Assembly: GCA_040772485.1 (NCBI GenBank)
Contig: JAXGYC010000007.1
Coordinates: 1,110,733 to 1,174,732, forward strand
Length of the DNA stretch: 64,000 bases
Source: Sedimentisphaerales bacterium
GTDB lineage: Bacteria; Planctomycetota; Phycisphaerae; Sedimentisphaerales; Anaerobacaceae
Reading direction: 5' to 3'
Below the pieces are notes generated by a model. That model was given only the letters and a program-made list of their open reading frames with translations, was not told the DNA's origin and ran no database searches. This document shows positions 33,401 to 42,270 of this stretch, piece after piece; positions within the stretch are counted from its first letter, which is position 1; each line of letters begins with the position of its first letter. A program made the translations under genes and the position numbers.

Positions 33401-33570
33401 TGCACGTGTCCGCGACGAAGGGCTGCAAACCGGCGGTGGAATTGCTCGTCGCCCACGGGGCGGATTCGAACCTCAAGAACTACGATGGACAGACCCCGCT
33501 GGCACTGGCGCGAGAGAATGGACACAAAGAAATAGTGGAATTCCTGCAGCAGCACGGGGCGAAGGAATAG
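30466..33570 (+). CDS. BlaR1-like M56 metallopeptidase fused to a long ankyrin-repeat array
   Basis: HELSH zinc motif, WFHPFVWW, EREKCCDE, LEERI, then a TM helix and roughly 18-20 GxTPLH...GADVN repeats. Confidence 0.93.
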   Translation: MNLYLIELVRYLVAQSWQIAVLTLMVAGVTWALRHKTAHIRYLLWLIVLAKCLVPPFFAVPLRVLPEKTASRAITETPAAEPAPIQAESTPTASIPPSRPPAVVEPGRVEQVKPPRVDNRPSRPLDLRLHAGIAWIAGAGLYLAMNLLRALRGRHWLHARRQPLPDAIRKETEALLSTSDGRPVPPIWVLDEIGQPFVWGLLRGSIYVPSRFLELGDPEHRRHVLAHELSHVLRCDAAVNALQTLAQGLFWFHPFVWWANRETRREREKCCDEMAVAQLGAEARAYCHAVVETLASAETSAQPVPSLAVAGPVKNLEERIKTMLTPGKKFYKRPSLISASIVFLAALVTVPTALVLTARAQTEPPKVETNSPWTLHQAAAAGDVEQVKKLLAQGADVNEKEEDGSTPLHKATGNGWKDVARLLLEKGANVEATDASRQTPLHRASGWGSRHMCALLLDKGASVKATDSQGNTVLHAALGRQEVNRSFFEFLLAQGADVNARNEQGETPLHLACRTRRPATYTQQREEAADVLLAHGAEVNATDKSGRTPLHVAVENGQDKVVGLLLAKGAAVDTKNAAGATALHVAATNRHSSDIVELLVNRGADVNSVDPDGMTPLHLAARRHDNETTVDRLLVAKGADVNARAAHGQTPAHLAAMTNRRDTVTFLLSKGADISSIQLAAYLGDLARVKGFLESGVGVNAQDAYSVTPLHAAAQNGQKEVAEFLLSKGASVNLASANSIIPNGTTPLHGAALVGSREVVELLIGNDAEIDAKDKRGITPLYYAARWQTDTARLLIAHGADVNAMSQADGTPLHSAAGYGNKDSVLLLLDHGADINAQNARGMMPSELAAQQGHEDVVRLLIDKGADLSNRDVLLLCACTHQQKDLVELLIRKGADVNSKAWEHAPALQTIWFGYKTPDIPKLIGILRLLLDNGANPNANDSDWYLLHYAARDAEVTRVLLDKGANPNVIDKTHGQSPLHVSATKGCKPAVELLVAHGADSNLKNYDGQTPLALARENGHKEIVEFLQQHGAKE

Positions 33571-33657
33571 CCGGACGCCGAAGGTCCGCACCGGGCCGAA
33601 TTGAGTAAGAAGAAATCCGGCGAGGCCAACGGGGGCCTCGCCGGCTTGTCTTGCGGA

Positions 33658-35325
33658 TCACATTCGTTTGTATCGGGGTCCGCCGCCGCCTTCGGGGGCG
33701 GTCCAGCGGATGTTGTCGAACGGGCACTTGCGCTGGCAGGTCTTGCAGTGCAGGCAGTTCGAAGGGTTGGCCGGCTTGACCTCCCCGTGAATGGTCTCGT
33801 AGACGCCCGCCGGACAGAACGTGATGCACGGACTGCCATAGACAGGCGTACACTTCGTCTCGCAGATCGTCTTGTCGAGGATCGTCAGGTGCGAGGGCTC
33901 CTCCTCGCGATGTGCGGTGGCCGCGACGGCCGTGAACGTGTCCTTGTCGAAGTTCTGGTTGGGCTTGAGACGATAGGGCGCCGTCGTCATCATCTCGTAG
34001 TCGGGCTCGACCTTGAACTTCGGCAGCCAGCCGCCCAGCACCGACAGCGGCATGCCCTGCAACGGCCCGAACTTGGCGATCGTGTGCCGCGAGTTCCGCG
34101 CGGTCTTCATCTCCTTGGCGATGTTCGAGCTCTCGACGTTGTCAGTGTACCGCCTGGCCGCCCCTTCCGGCTTGTCCATGCAGGTGACGATGGCCCTGGC
34201 GGCCTGGATGCCCGAATCGATGGCGTTGTGCAGGCCCTTGATCTTGAGCATGTTCACGAAACCGGCGCTGTCGCCCAGGATCATGACGTTGCCCTTGCCG
34301 ATGCTGCCGGTGTGCGGATCGCGCGGGACCGCGTACCAGCCCCCTTCGGGGATCATCTTGGCGCCGGCCTCGACGACCGTGCCGCCCTCGATGAACGGCT
34401 TGATGTACCGGTGCTCCTTCAGACGGACCAGCGCATCCTGTGCGTTGAAATTGCGATACTTCCAGTCCAGTCCGACGATCATGCCGACCGCCAGATGGTC
34501 TTCGGCGCCGGCGTAGACGATCCCGCCGCCGAACATGCCGGGCCCGATGACCGGGGTCCAGATCGGATAGCCCATCGCGTGCACGACCCGGCCGCGCGAG
34601 AAGTTCGCATATTGCTCCGGCGCGACCTTGATCAGCTCCTTGACGCCAAGCGAGTAGAGCTGATGCGACTCGCGCTTCAGACCCGCCGCCTCGACGAACC
34701 GCTCAGTGACCAGGCCGTCGCAGCCCTCGGCCAGCACGACGAACGTCGCCTCGATGGTCTCGCCCTCGACGTAGTTGGGCTGCTTGTGCCCTTCCTTGTT
34801 GACGCCCTGGTCGATGAGCTTGACGCCGGCGGCGGTTCCCGCGCCGTCCAGCACAACGTGGTCGGCGGCAAATCCCGTCAGCACCTCCACGCCCTTCTCG
34901 CGGGCAATATTGCCGAGCCATTTGGTGAGCTTGCTGATCGAGAGCGAGTAGTCACCGTGGTGGATCATCTGTCCCCACCCGATGCCCATGGATCGGGCCA
35001 TCTTGAGGGCCCAGAAGATGTTGAACGACATCTTCTTGCCGAGCAGGAACAGGATGTCGTCTTTGTCGATCACGTTGGCCAAGACGTCCTTGGCCTCAGG
35101 GGTCTCGCGCCAGTCGGGCTTGGCCGCATCGAGCAGCGAATGCAGCGGCTCCTTCTCCAGCACAGCGCCCGAGAGATTGTGGTTTCCCAAATCGAGGGCC
35201 TTGTCGATGACGCACACGTCGATATCGGGCCGCAGGACACGCAGTTGGATCGCCGTCGCCAGACCGGCCGGGCCCGCGCCCACGACCAGAACCGAAACCT
35301 TGTTGTATTCGTTGTTGTTCGGCAC
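33658..35325 (-). CDS. ETF:quinone oxidoreductase (FixC-FixX-like, FAD plus Fe-S)
   Basis: VVGAGPAGLATA, NLSGAV, IPEGGW, GDSAGFVN, KIKGLHNAI, C-terminal CPAGVY and NCLHCKTC. GTG start at 35325 inferred from a GAGGA SD. Confidence 0.92.
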   Translation of the reverse strand: MPNNNEYNKVSVLVVGAGPAGLATAIQLRVLRPDIDVCVIDKALDLGNHNLSGAVLEKEPLHSLLDAAKPDWRETPEAKDVLANVIDKDDILFLLGKKMSFNIFWALKMARSMGIGWGQMIHHGDYSLSISKLTKWLGNIAREKGVEVLTGFAADHVVLDGAGTAAGVKLIDQGVNKEGHKQPNYVEGETIEATFVVLAEGCDGLVTERFVEAAGLKRESHQLYSLGVKELIKVAPEQYANFSRGRVVHAMGYPIWTPVIGPGMFGGGIVYAGAEDHLAVGMIVGLDWKYRNFNAQDALVRLKEHRYIKPFIEGGTVVEAGAKMIPEGGWYAVPRDPHTGSIGKGNVMILGDSAGFVNMLKIKGLHNAIDSGIQAARAIVTCMDKPEGAARRYTDNVESSNIAKEMKTARNSRHTIAKFGPLQGMPLSVLGGWLPKFKVEPDYEMMTTAPYRLKPNQNFDKDTFTAVAATAHREEEPSHLTILDKTICETKCTPVYGSPCITFCPAGVYETIHGEVKPANPSNCLHCKTCQRKCPFDNIRWTAPEGGGGPRYKRM

Positions 35326-35385
35326 TTTCCATTCCTCAATCAATCAGGGAACAAGTCCGAGGGGACCATTAGGACCGATGGCATT

Positions 35386-37482
35386 TCACACGTTGTCGAG
35401 AGCCTGCACCAGGTCCGGGACAACGTCTTCGGCGGTTCCGACGATATAGTAGTCGCACTGTTTGAAGATCGGTGCGTTGGGGTCGCTGTTGATCGCCACG
35501 ATCGTCTCGGTGTTGGCGACGCCGATCATGTGCTGGATGGCGCCCGAGATGCCGATCGCAACGTAGAGCTTCGGGCCGACCGCCGTCCCGGTCTGTCCAA
35601 CCTGGTGAACGCGTTCCACGAAGCCCTGCTCGACCGCCGCTCTGGACGCGCCGTACTCGACAGCCGTGTCCAGCTTCCTGCTCATCTCCGCGCAGAGCAT
35701 GTGAAGCAGCCGGTCGAAGCCGTCGCGGCTCTGCATGCCTTTGCCGCCGGAGACGATGGCTTCGGCGCCGAAATTCACCTGCCCGCTGCCCAGCTCGGTC
35801 CGGATGATGTCGAGACTGACGTCGTCATCGGTCAGCTCGACCGTGTGCTTGATCACCTTGCCTTTGCGCTTGGGGTCGGCGGGGATCCGCCTCATCACGC
35901 CGGGCCGGGCCGTCGCCATCTGGCTCTTGGAGTTCTTCGTGCGGATCGTCGCCATGACGTTCCCGCCGAGGGCCGGACGGGTTTGAAGCAGCAGCCCGAT
36001 ATCGCCTTTGCGAGAGCTGTCGCGGATGTCGAGGCCCGTGCAATCGGCGGTCAGGCCGCAGCCCGTTTTGTACGAGACCATCGGAGCCAGCATGCGTCCC
36101 TGCGGCGTCGCTGCGTACAACACGATCTGCGGCACGTACTTGTCGATCGCGTCGGAAACCGCTTTGCGGTAGGCCGTCGGATCGAACTCCTTGAGCAGCT
36201 TGTGCTCGATCGCGTAGATGTGGTCGGCGCCGGCGGCGATCAGCTCTTCGGCCATGTGCGCGACGTTGTCGCCAGCGATGCAAACGCCGACTTTCGTTTC
36301 GAGTGAATCAGCCAGCTCGCGGGCCTTGCCCGTCAGCTCGAACGTCGCGGGATGGATGACGCCGTCGCCGCTGTGCTCGGCGACAACCCACACCTCGCCC
36401 TTGAAGGCCGGCTCGACCAGACCGAAGCCGCCGATCATGTCTTCGAGAGCCTTCTTGTGGAACGCCCCGCCCGCCTTCTCCACGACCTTGTCTTTTGTCG
36501 CATCATCGAGCTTGGCGGCGTCGGCGATCTTCATGTCCTTGAGGATGCCGGTCAGGATGTCGTAGTCGTCCTGCTCCTTCTTCGTCGCCTCATAGGGCCG
36601 CTCCAGCAGGCTCTTGCGTCGAGCAGGCAATACGTACGGTCCCGGCCCCTCATCGGCCTTGCCCCCTTCGCCATTGCCGCTCTTGAAGCTCTCGACGATG
36701 ATCTTGGCGAGCGATTTGACGTCCTTGACTTCCCGGCACTTGCGGGTGCTCTTGCCCGGCGGGAAGACGCGGATCACCGCGGTCTTAGAGCCCTTGGCTC
36801 CGATGTGCGTGGCGTTGATGTCGTCGGCGCCCCACTTGATCACGTCGACCTTGTTGGCCCACCGCGTTCCGGCGAACGTCGCGAACAGCGGGTATTCGTA
36901 CTTGGCGACCGTGATCACCGCGGGCATCTTCCTGGTCGCGACGGTCTGGCTGCCGCCGCTGATGATGCGGGTGAACTCGAAGCGTTTCTTCTTGTACTCG
37001 GCGCCGGTGGCGTACGCGATGCAGGGCAACTGCAGCTCCTCGGCGATCTGTCCCGGCACCTGAGCGGTATCGCCATCCACCGACTGCATGCCGGCGACCA
37101 CGAAGTAATCGTCGCCGCAGTGGAGGATTTCCTTGACGATCCGGCGAATCGCGTAGGCCAGCGGGTTGGCGGTGGCCCAGGTGTCGGCCCCGCCCAGTGC
37201 GCGGTCCGTCAGGAGCACCACCTGATCGGCGGCACGGGCCAGGCTGTACCGAAGGACCTCCTCCGCCATCGGCGGACCCATCGTCAGTGCGATGATCCGC
37301 GCCTTGGCGTCGCCGCTGATCTGCTTCATGTATCGGGCGAAGGCCAGCGCCTGAGCATCGAGTTCGTTGACGACGTTGGCCAGTCGGGATCGGACGAGCG
37401 TACCCGTCTCGGGGTCGAAGGCGTTGTCGGTGATTTGCGAGACGTCAGGGACCTGCTTGACGAGAACGATGTAGTCACTCAT
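35386..37482 (-). CDS. Fused electron transfer flavoprotein beta-alpha (EtfB-EtfA)
   Basis: N-terminal half: VKQVPD, TMGPP, GADTWAT, DGDTAQV (EtfB). C-terminal half: GLTADC, QTRPALGGN, QVGQTG, GISGAIQH, AINSDPNAPIF (EtfA). Confidence 0.93.
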   Translation of the reverse strand: MSDYIVLVKQVPDVSQITDNAFDPETGTLVRSRLANVVNELDAQALAFARYMKQISGDAKARIIALTMGPPMAEEVLRYSLARAADQVVLLTDRALGGADTWATANPLAYAIRRIVKEILHCGDDYFVVAGMQSVDGDTAQVPGQIAEELQLPCIAYATGAEYKKKRFEFTRIISGGSQTVATRKMPAVITVAKYEYPLFATFAGTRWANKVDVIKWGADDINATHIGAKGSKTAVIRVFPPGKSTRKCREVKDVKSLAKIIVESFKSGNGEGGKADEGPGPYVLPARRKSLLERPYEATKKEQDDYDILTGILKDMKIADAAKLDDATKDKVVEKAGGAFHKKALEDMIGGFGLVEPAFKGEVWVVAEHSGDGVIHPATFELTGKARELADSLETKVGVCIAGDNVAHMAEELIAAGADHIYAIEHKLLKEFDPTAYRKAVSDAIDKYVPQIVLYAATPQGRMLAPMVSYKTGCGLTADCTGLDIRDSSRKGDIGLLLQTRPALGGNVMATIRTKNSKSQMATARPGVMRRIPADPKRKGKVIKHTVELTDDDVSLDIIRTELGSGQVNFGAEAIVSGGKGMQSRDGFDRLLHMLCAEMSRKLDTAVEYGASRAAVEQGFVERVHQVGQTGTAVGPKLYVAIGISGAIQHMIGVANTETIVAINSDPNAPIFKQCDYYIVGTAEDVVPDLVQALDNV

Positions 37483-37639
37483 AGACCGTTTTCCCCACAG
37501 AAAAGAAACACTCCCACTATCGGGGTTGATCGAGCTTCTTCCAGACGCGCGCCGCCCGCGAGCCCACCATGTGCTTCAGGGACGATAGACCATCCACCGT
37601 TACACAACCACCATCCGTACCTCTGACAGTAGATGGCGC

Positions 37640-37668
37640 ATCATAGGCCCCCGTTACAGACCTGTCAA
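37640..37668 (-). promoter_or_regulatory. Sigma70 promoter of the etf operon
   Basis: TTGACA-17 bp-TATGAT on the minus strand. Confidence 0.7.
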
Positions 37669-37737
37669 CCGAAAACGCCAATTCCCATTTGGGCGGCGGG
37701 TTACACCGTCGAGCGATGGCCCTCTGGCCCCCAGCGA

Positions 37738-38736
37738 TCATAGCCCGTATGGCCCGTTGCCGGCAGCATCGCTGGAACTGGGCGGATGGGGAGAATGGAG
37801 AAGAAGCGGTCCTTCCGGCGGGTCGGCGTGGGACGACGACGGAGGAATCCACGCGGCGAAGGGATGAGCCTCGCCGCAGTCGGGACAGGGAATGGCGCTG
37901 TAGGCAGCGCCGCACTGGGGGCAGACGGCCCGATGCTCGAACATGTCGAAGGGGTTGCGGCAGTGGCCGCAGGTCCAGACCGCACCGGCCGGCGGCGCCG
38001 TGCGACAGGCCGGACAGGAGAACGCGGCGTGACGCGGCAATCTGGCCACGCGCACGAGGTGCAGCGCATGCCGCAACCCGTTCCAGCAGTTCAGCAGAAT
38101 GAAAGCCGCGAGAATCCCGAGCCAGACCGACCGCTCCCAGAGGGCCAGTACGAACAGGCCCACGACACCGATCAGGCCGATCACCGTCGCGACAATCAGA
38201 CTCCAGGCCCGACCAAACACGAACCACAAGATCGACCGCAGGATCTGGCCGCCGTCCAGTGGATAGATCGGCAGGAGGTTGAAGACCAGCAGACCGACGT
38301 TGATGGCTACGATGGTCCGAAGCAGCCTGAACAGATTTGGCGCCTGCTCGGCCAGTCCAGAGGCATCGATCCACAAAACGAGCAGGAAGAACGTGGGCGC
38401 CAGCACGACGTTCACCAGGGGTCCGGCGGCGATGCTCCTGAGAATGGCGCCGGGCCGTTGCGGCGGGTCCACGTAGGCGACGCCCCCCAAAGGCCACAGG
38501 ACGATGCGATCGGCGCGGCCTCCCACCTGCCGGCAGGCCAGCGAATGGCCGAACTCGTGAAGCAGGACGATGCCGAACAGCGACAAGTACTCCAGCACGC
38601 TCCACATCATGGACGGATAGCGTCCCGCCCGCATCTGGATCCCATAGTACGCCACGAGGAACCATGACCAGTGCAGGTACAGCTCGATGCCTGCCAGGCG
38701 GAACAGCCGAATCGATCCCTGGTTGGTTGGAGTCAT
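37738..38736 (-). CDS. Site-2 protease (M50) with C-terminal cysteine-rich double zinc ribbon
   Basis: LLHEFGH, IAAGPLVN, FNLLPIYPLDGG; tail CPAC/CGHC/CPQC/CPDC; start at MTPTNQG. Confidence 0.9.
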   Translation of the reverse strand: MTPTNQGSIRLFRLAGIELYLHWSWFLVAYYGIQMRAGRYPSMMWSVLEYLSLFGIVLLHEFGHSLACRQVGGRADRIVLWPLGGVAYVDPPQRPGAILRSIAAGPLVNVVLAPTFFLLVLWIDASGLAEQAPNLFRLLRTIVAINVGLLVFNLLPIYPLDGGQILRSILWFVFGRAWSLIVATVIGLIGVVGLFVLALWERSVWLGILAAFILLNCWNGLRHALHLVRVARLPRHAAFSCPACRTAPPAGAVWTCGHCRNPFDMFEHRAVCPQCGAAYSAIPCPDCGEAHPFAAWIPPSSSHADPPEGPLLLHSPHPPSSSDAAGNGPYGL

Positions 38737-38811
38737 GCGCCTCTTTCCGTTCTCCGAAGGCGGTGGCGGCGCTGATGTACGCACCTGCCACCAAGACAAG
38801 CGACAAAACAC

Positions 38812-40323
38812 TCAGACGTATTCGCTGAACGCGGCGGACATAATCTGCTCTTCGGACCACTCCTCGCGACTGAACGTCCCGGCCACGCGACCGGCCGAAA
38901 GCACCAGAATCCTATGAGAGATCGCCATCAGTTCCTTCAGATCGGATGAAACGAAAACGATCGCCTTGCCCTGCTGGGCCAGAGAGGCCAGCATGCGGTA
39001 GATCTCAAACTTGGCGCCGACGTCGATCCCGCGCGTCGGCTCGTCGAAGATGAGGATGTCACAGTCGCGGTAGAGCCACTTGGCGATCACCACCTTCTGC
39101 TGGTTGCCGCCGCTGAGCTGGCCAACCGCCTGTTCGCACGAGGAGCAGCGTACGTCCAGCGAATCGACGTATCGCTGGGCAACCGCCTTCTCACGGGCTC
39201 CGTTCAGCCAGCCCAACGTGCTTACATCGTCCAGATGGGCAATCGAGACATTTGCCCGTATCGGGAGGGGCAGGAACAACCCCTGCTCCTTGCGATCTTC
39301 GGTGAGCAGCGCGATCCCGAGTCGAACGGCGTCGCTCGGTCGCCGGATCATTGAGGGCTTGTCGGATCCGTGCAGGTAGATGCTCCCTGCTTCGAGCGGA
39401 TCGGCTCCGAAGACCAGACGCATCGTCTCGGTCCGGCCCGAACCCATCAGGCCCGCTACCCCGAGAATCTCGCCGCGACAGGCCTCGAACGACACGTCGC
39501 GAACCTTCGAGCCCGCCCGCAAATCCACAGCGCGCAGGGCCGGGGCCCCCCGCCACCCGCCCGGCGCAAGAGCGTCTCGGTCCAGGTCGCGCCCGACCAT
39601 AAGGCGAATCACGTCATCCGAATCCAACCCTGCCGCATCGCGAGTGGTCACGACCTTGCCGTCCCGCAGCACAGTAACGCGGTCGGCAATCCGAAGCACC
39701 TCCTCGATCCGGTGCGAAATGTAGATGATCCCGACCCCGTTGGCCTTGAGCCGGCGGATCTGGGCGAAGAGCAACTCCACCTCGCTGTCGGTCAGCGAAG
39801 CCGTCGGCTCGTCGAGCGCCAGGACGCGGCACCGCCGCGACAGCCCCGCCGCGATCTCCACCATTTGCTGCTGCCCGACGCCCAACGCGCCGACCGAGGT
39901 CGACGGATCGATTTGCGAGAGCCCCACCTGCTGCATCGCCTCGCGGGCGGAGCGGTTCAGCGTCTTGTAGTCGATGAAGCCGAATCGGCTGGGCAACCGT
40001 TCGATGAAGATATTCTCGGCGACGCTCAGATTGGGAATGAGGTTCAATTCCTGCATCACCATGCGAACGCCCGCCGCCTCCGCCTGCCGCCTGCCACCGG
40101 GATTATAGGGTTGCCCGTCCAGAAGCATCTGTCCGCCGTCAGCCGTCTCGATCCCCGCGATGATGCGCGTCAACGTGCTCTTGCCGGCGCCGTTCTCACC
40201 GACGAGGGCGTGGACCTCGCCGGCGCACAGATCGATCGCAACCTGCCAGAGCGCCTGGACGCCCGGAAAGGCCTTGTCGACACCCGTGACGGTCAGCAAA
40301 GGATCGGCCGCGGAAGGCATCAT
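38812..40323 (-). CDS. rbsA: Sugar (ribose-type) ABC transporter ATP-binding protein
   Basis: GENGAGKST, LDEPTASL, LSGGNQQKV, DEPTRGIDVGAK (tandem NBD, CUT2 type). Confidence 0.88.
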   Translation of the reverse strand: MMPSAADPLLTVTGVDKAFPGVQALWQVAIDLCAGEVHALVGENGAGKSTLTRIIAGIETADGGQMLLDGQPYNPGGRRQAEAAGVRMVMQELNLIPNLSVAENIFIERLPSRFGFIDYKTLNRSAREAMQQVGLSQIDPSTSVGALGVGQQQMVEIAAGLSRRCRVLALDEPTASLTDSEVELLFAQIRRLKANGVGIIYISHRIEEVLRIADRVTVLRDGKVVTTRDAAGLDSDDVIRLMVGRDLDRDALAPGGWRGAPALRAVDLRAGSKVRDVSFEACRGEILGVAGLMGSGRTETMRLVFGADPLEAGSIYLHGSDKPSMIRRPSDAVRLGIALLTEDRKEQGLFLPLPIRANVSIAHLDDVSTLGWLNGAREKAVAQRYVDSLDVRCSSCEQAVGQLSGGNQQKVVIAKWLYRDCDILIFDEPTRGIDVGAKFEIYRMLASLAQQGKAIVFVSSDLKELMAISHRILVLSAGRVAGTFSREEWSEEQIMSAAFSEYV

Positions 40324-41270
40324 CCGAGTGTTTCCGCCGTGACTAGATCGACGGGGGTTTCCTTGTCGGCGGGCGTTGCCTTGCCCGCGAGGATGTCAAG
40401 GGCGTACTGAATCCCATACAGCGCCAGCTTGTCGGCGTGCTGATCGACAGTGCAGAGAATCTTGCCCTCTTTGAGCAACCTCCGAACCGCCGCGATGTTG
40501 TCAAATCCGACGACATAAACCGAGTCGGACTTGCCCGCGTCCCGAAGCGCTGCCACCGCGCCCAGGGCCATGCTGTCGTTGGCACAGAGGAGGGCCTTCA
40601 GGTCCGGATGCTCGTTGATCAACGCTGCGGCGATGGGCTGGGCCTTGTCCGTTTCCCAGTAGCCGGTCTGCGAGGCCACGATGTCCATGCTGCTACCGAT
40701 CATGGCGTCGTCGAACCCGGCCTTGCGCTGGATGCCATTGAAGGCGTTGGGCGCCCCTTCGATGATGGCGACTTTGTCGCCCGGCTTGAGCCGGGCCGCC
40801 AGATACGCACCGGCCAGCTTGGCCCCCTTGCGGTTGTCCGGACCAACGAACGGAATCTTGATGCCTTTGTCCTTGAGCACGTCGTCGTCGAACTTGTTGT
40901 CGATGTTGACCACGACGATGCCGGCGTCCATCGCTTTCTTGCAGACGGCGACCAGCGCCTTGGAATCGGCCGGCGCGATGACGATCGCATCGACCCCCTG
41001 GGCCATCATCATCTCGACGTATGCGATCTGCTGGGTGACATCCGTCTCGTCCTTGATTCCGCGGACTTCCAGATGGTACTGGTCCTCGTGCTCGGCGTGA
41101 TGGGCACGGGCTCCTTCCTCCATGGTCTTGAAGAACTCGTTGGCCAGCGACTTCATCACCAGGGCGACGGTCGGCCGGTCGTCCTTCTTCCGGCACCCGC
41201 AAAATGTCACGACAAAGGCCACCAGCACAACGGCCAGCATCTTCACGATCGATCGGTTCGAATGACTCAT
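40320..41270 (-). CDS. rbsB: Sugar (ribose-type) ABC substrate-binding lipoprotein
   Basis: Lipobox FCGC, KSLANEFF, VGPDN, ANDSMALGA, VVGFD; lies between ribokinase and the ATPase. Confidence 0.85.
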   Translation of the reverse strand: MSHSNRSIVKMLAVVLVAFVVTFCGCRKKDDRPTVALVMKSLANEFFKTMEEGARAHHAEHEDQYHLEVRGIKDETDVTQQIAYVEMMMAQGVDAIVIAPADSKALVAVCKKAMDAGIVVVNIDNKFDDDVLKDKGIKIPFVGPDNRKGAKLAGAYLAARLKPGDKVAIIEGAPNAFNGIQRKAGFDDAMIGSSMDIVASQTGYWETDKAQPIAAALINEHPDLKALLCANDSMALGAVAALRDAGKSDSVYVVGFDNIAAVRRLLKEGKILCTVDQHADKLALYGIQYALDILAGKATPADKETPVDLVTAETLG

Positions 41271-41295
41271 GGCGTTCTCCTGTCAGTCCATTTCG

Positions 41296-42219
41296 TCAGG
41301 GACGAAACGCTTCCACTTCCTGCCTCGTCGGCATCGACGGCTGGGCTCCCATCCGGGTGGTCGACAGCGCCGCGGCGCGGCCGGCAAAGATGGCGGCCTC
41401 GCGAAGAGACTGTCCCTGGGCCAGGCCAACCGCGAGACTGCCGGTGAAGGCATCTCCGGCCGCCGTGGCATCCACCGCCCGCACCGGCGCCGCGGGAACG
41501 AATTCGCTTGTAGTCCCGTCCGCCAGCAGAAATCCCTTGGCACCCATCGTGACGATCACCGCCCCGACACCCGACGACAGCAGCCACTCGGCCGCCAGCG
41601 ACGCACCGGCCTCGTCGCTCACCTCCATCCCCGTCAGGATCTGCGCCTCGGTCTCGTTGGGCGTCAGCACGGTCACCTGTTTGAGCAAATCGGGCCGCAG
41701 CTTCTGCGCCGGCGCCGGGTCCAGAATAAAAGGCACGCCCGCATCGCCCGCCATCTGGGCCGCACACTCAATCGTCTCGACGGGGACCTCCAACTGGGCC
41801 ACCACCGCACCGGCCGAGGCGATCTCGCGCTGCGCGCGTCTCACGTCGTCGGGACCAAGCTGGCTGTTGGCGCCGGGCGCTACCACGATCATGTTGTTGC
41901 CCGCCGAATCCACCGCAATCAGCGCCACGCCGGACGCCACGCCTGGTGTCGAGGCCACATAGGTCGTGCGGACCCCTTCCCTCTCGAAGTTGGCCAGCGA
42001 CCGCTGGCCGAACAGATCGTCACCGAGCCGGGCAACGAAGTGCACCTCGGCGCCGAGCTTGGCGGCCGCGACCGCCTGATTGGCGCCCTTGCCGCCCGGC
42101 ACCATGACGAAGTCGCCGCCCAGCACCGTCTCGCCGAGCAGCGGAATTCGCGGCGTCTTGACGACCAGGTCCATGTTCGAGCTGCCGACCACTACGATCT
42201 TTGTGGGCTGTTGCGTGAT
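41296..42219 (-). CDS. rbsK: Ribokinase (start codon uncertain, apparently ATC)
   Basis: KIVVVGSSNMDL, GGKGANQAVAAA, PNETEA, DATAAGDAF, GAQPSMP. AGGAGG lies 7 nt upstream of an in-frame ATC at 42219. Confidence 0.93.
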   Translation of the reverse strand: MTQQPTKIVVVGSSNMDLVVKTPRIPLLGETVLGGDFVMVPGGKGANQAVAAAKLGAEVHFVARLGDDLFGQRSLANFEREGVRTTYVASTPGVASGVALIAVDSAGNNMIVVAPGANSQLGPDDVRRAQREIASAGAVVAQLEVPVETIECAAQMAGDAGVPFILDPAPAQKLRPDLLKQVTVLTPNETEAQILTGMEVSDEAGASLAAEWLLSSGVGAVIVTMGAKGFLLADGTTSEFVPAAPVRAVDATAAGDAFTGSLAVGLAQGQSLREAAIFAGRAAALSTTRMGAQPSMPTRQEVEAFRP

Positions 42220-42270
42220 GGTATGGCCTCCTGTGACACGCCGTGACGCGCCGAATCCTGCAGCGCACCG

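Noticed and set aside
33601..36306. 901-aa plus-strand ORF, and similar long ORFs at 25458-27704, 28565-30067, 52323-55073 and 58555-60720
   Set aside because: All lie antisense to well-supported genes and have no recognisable domains.
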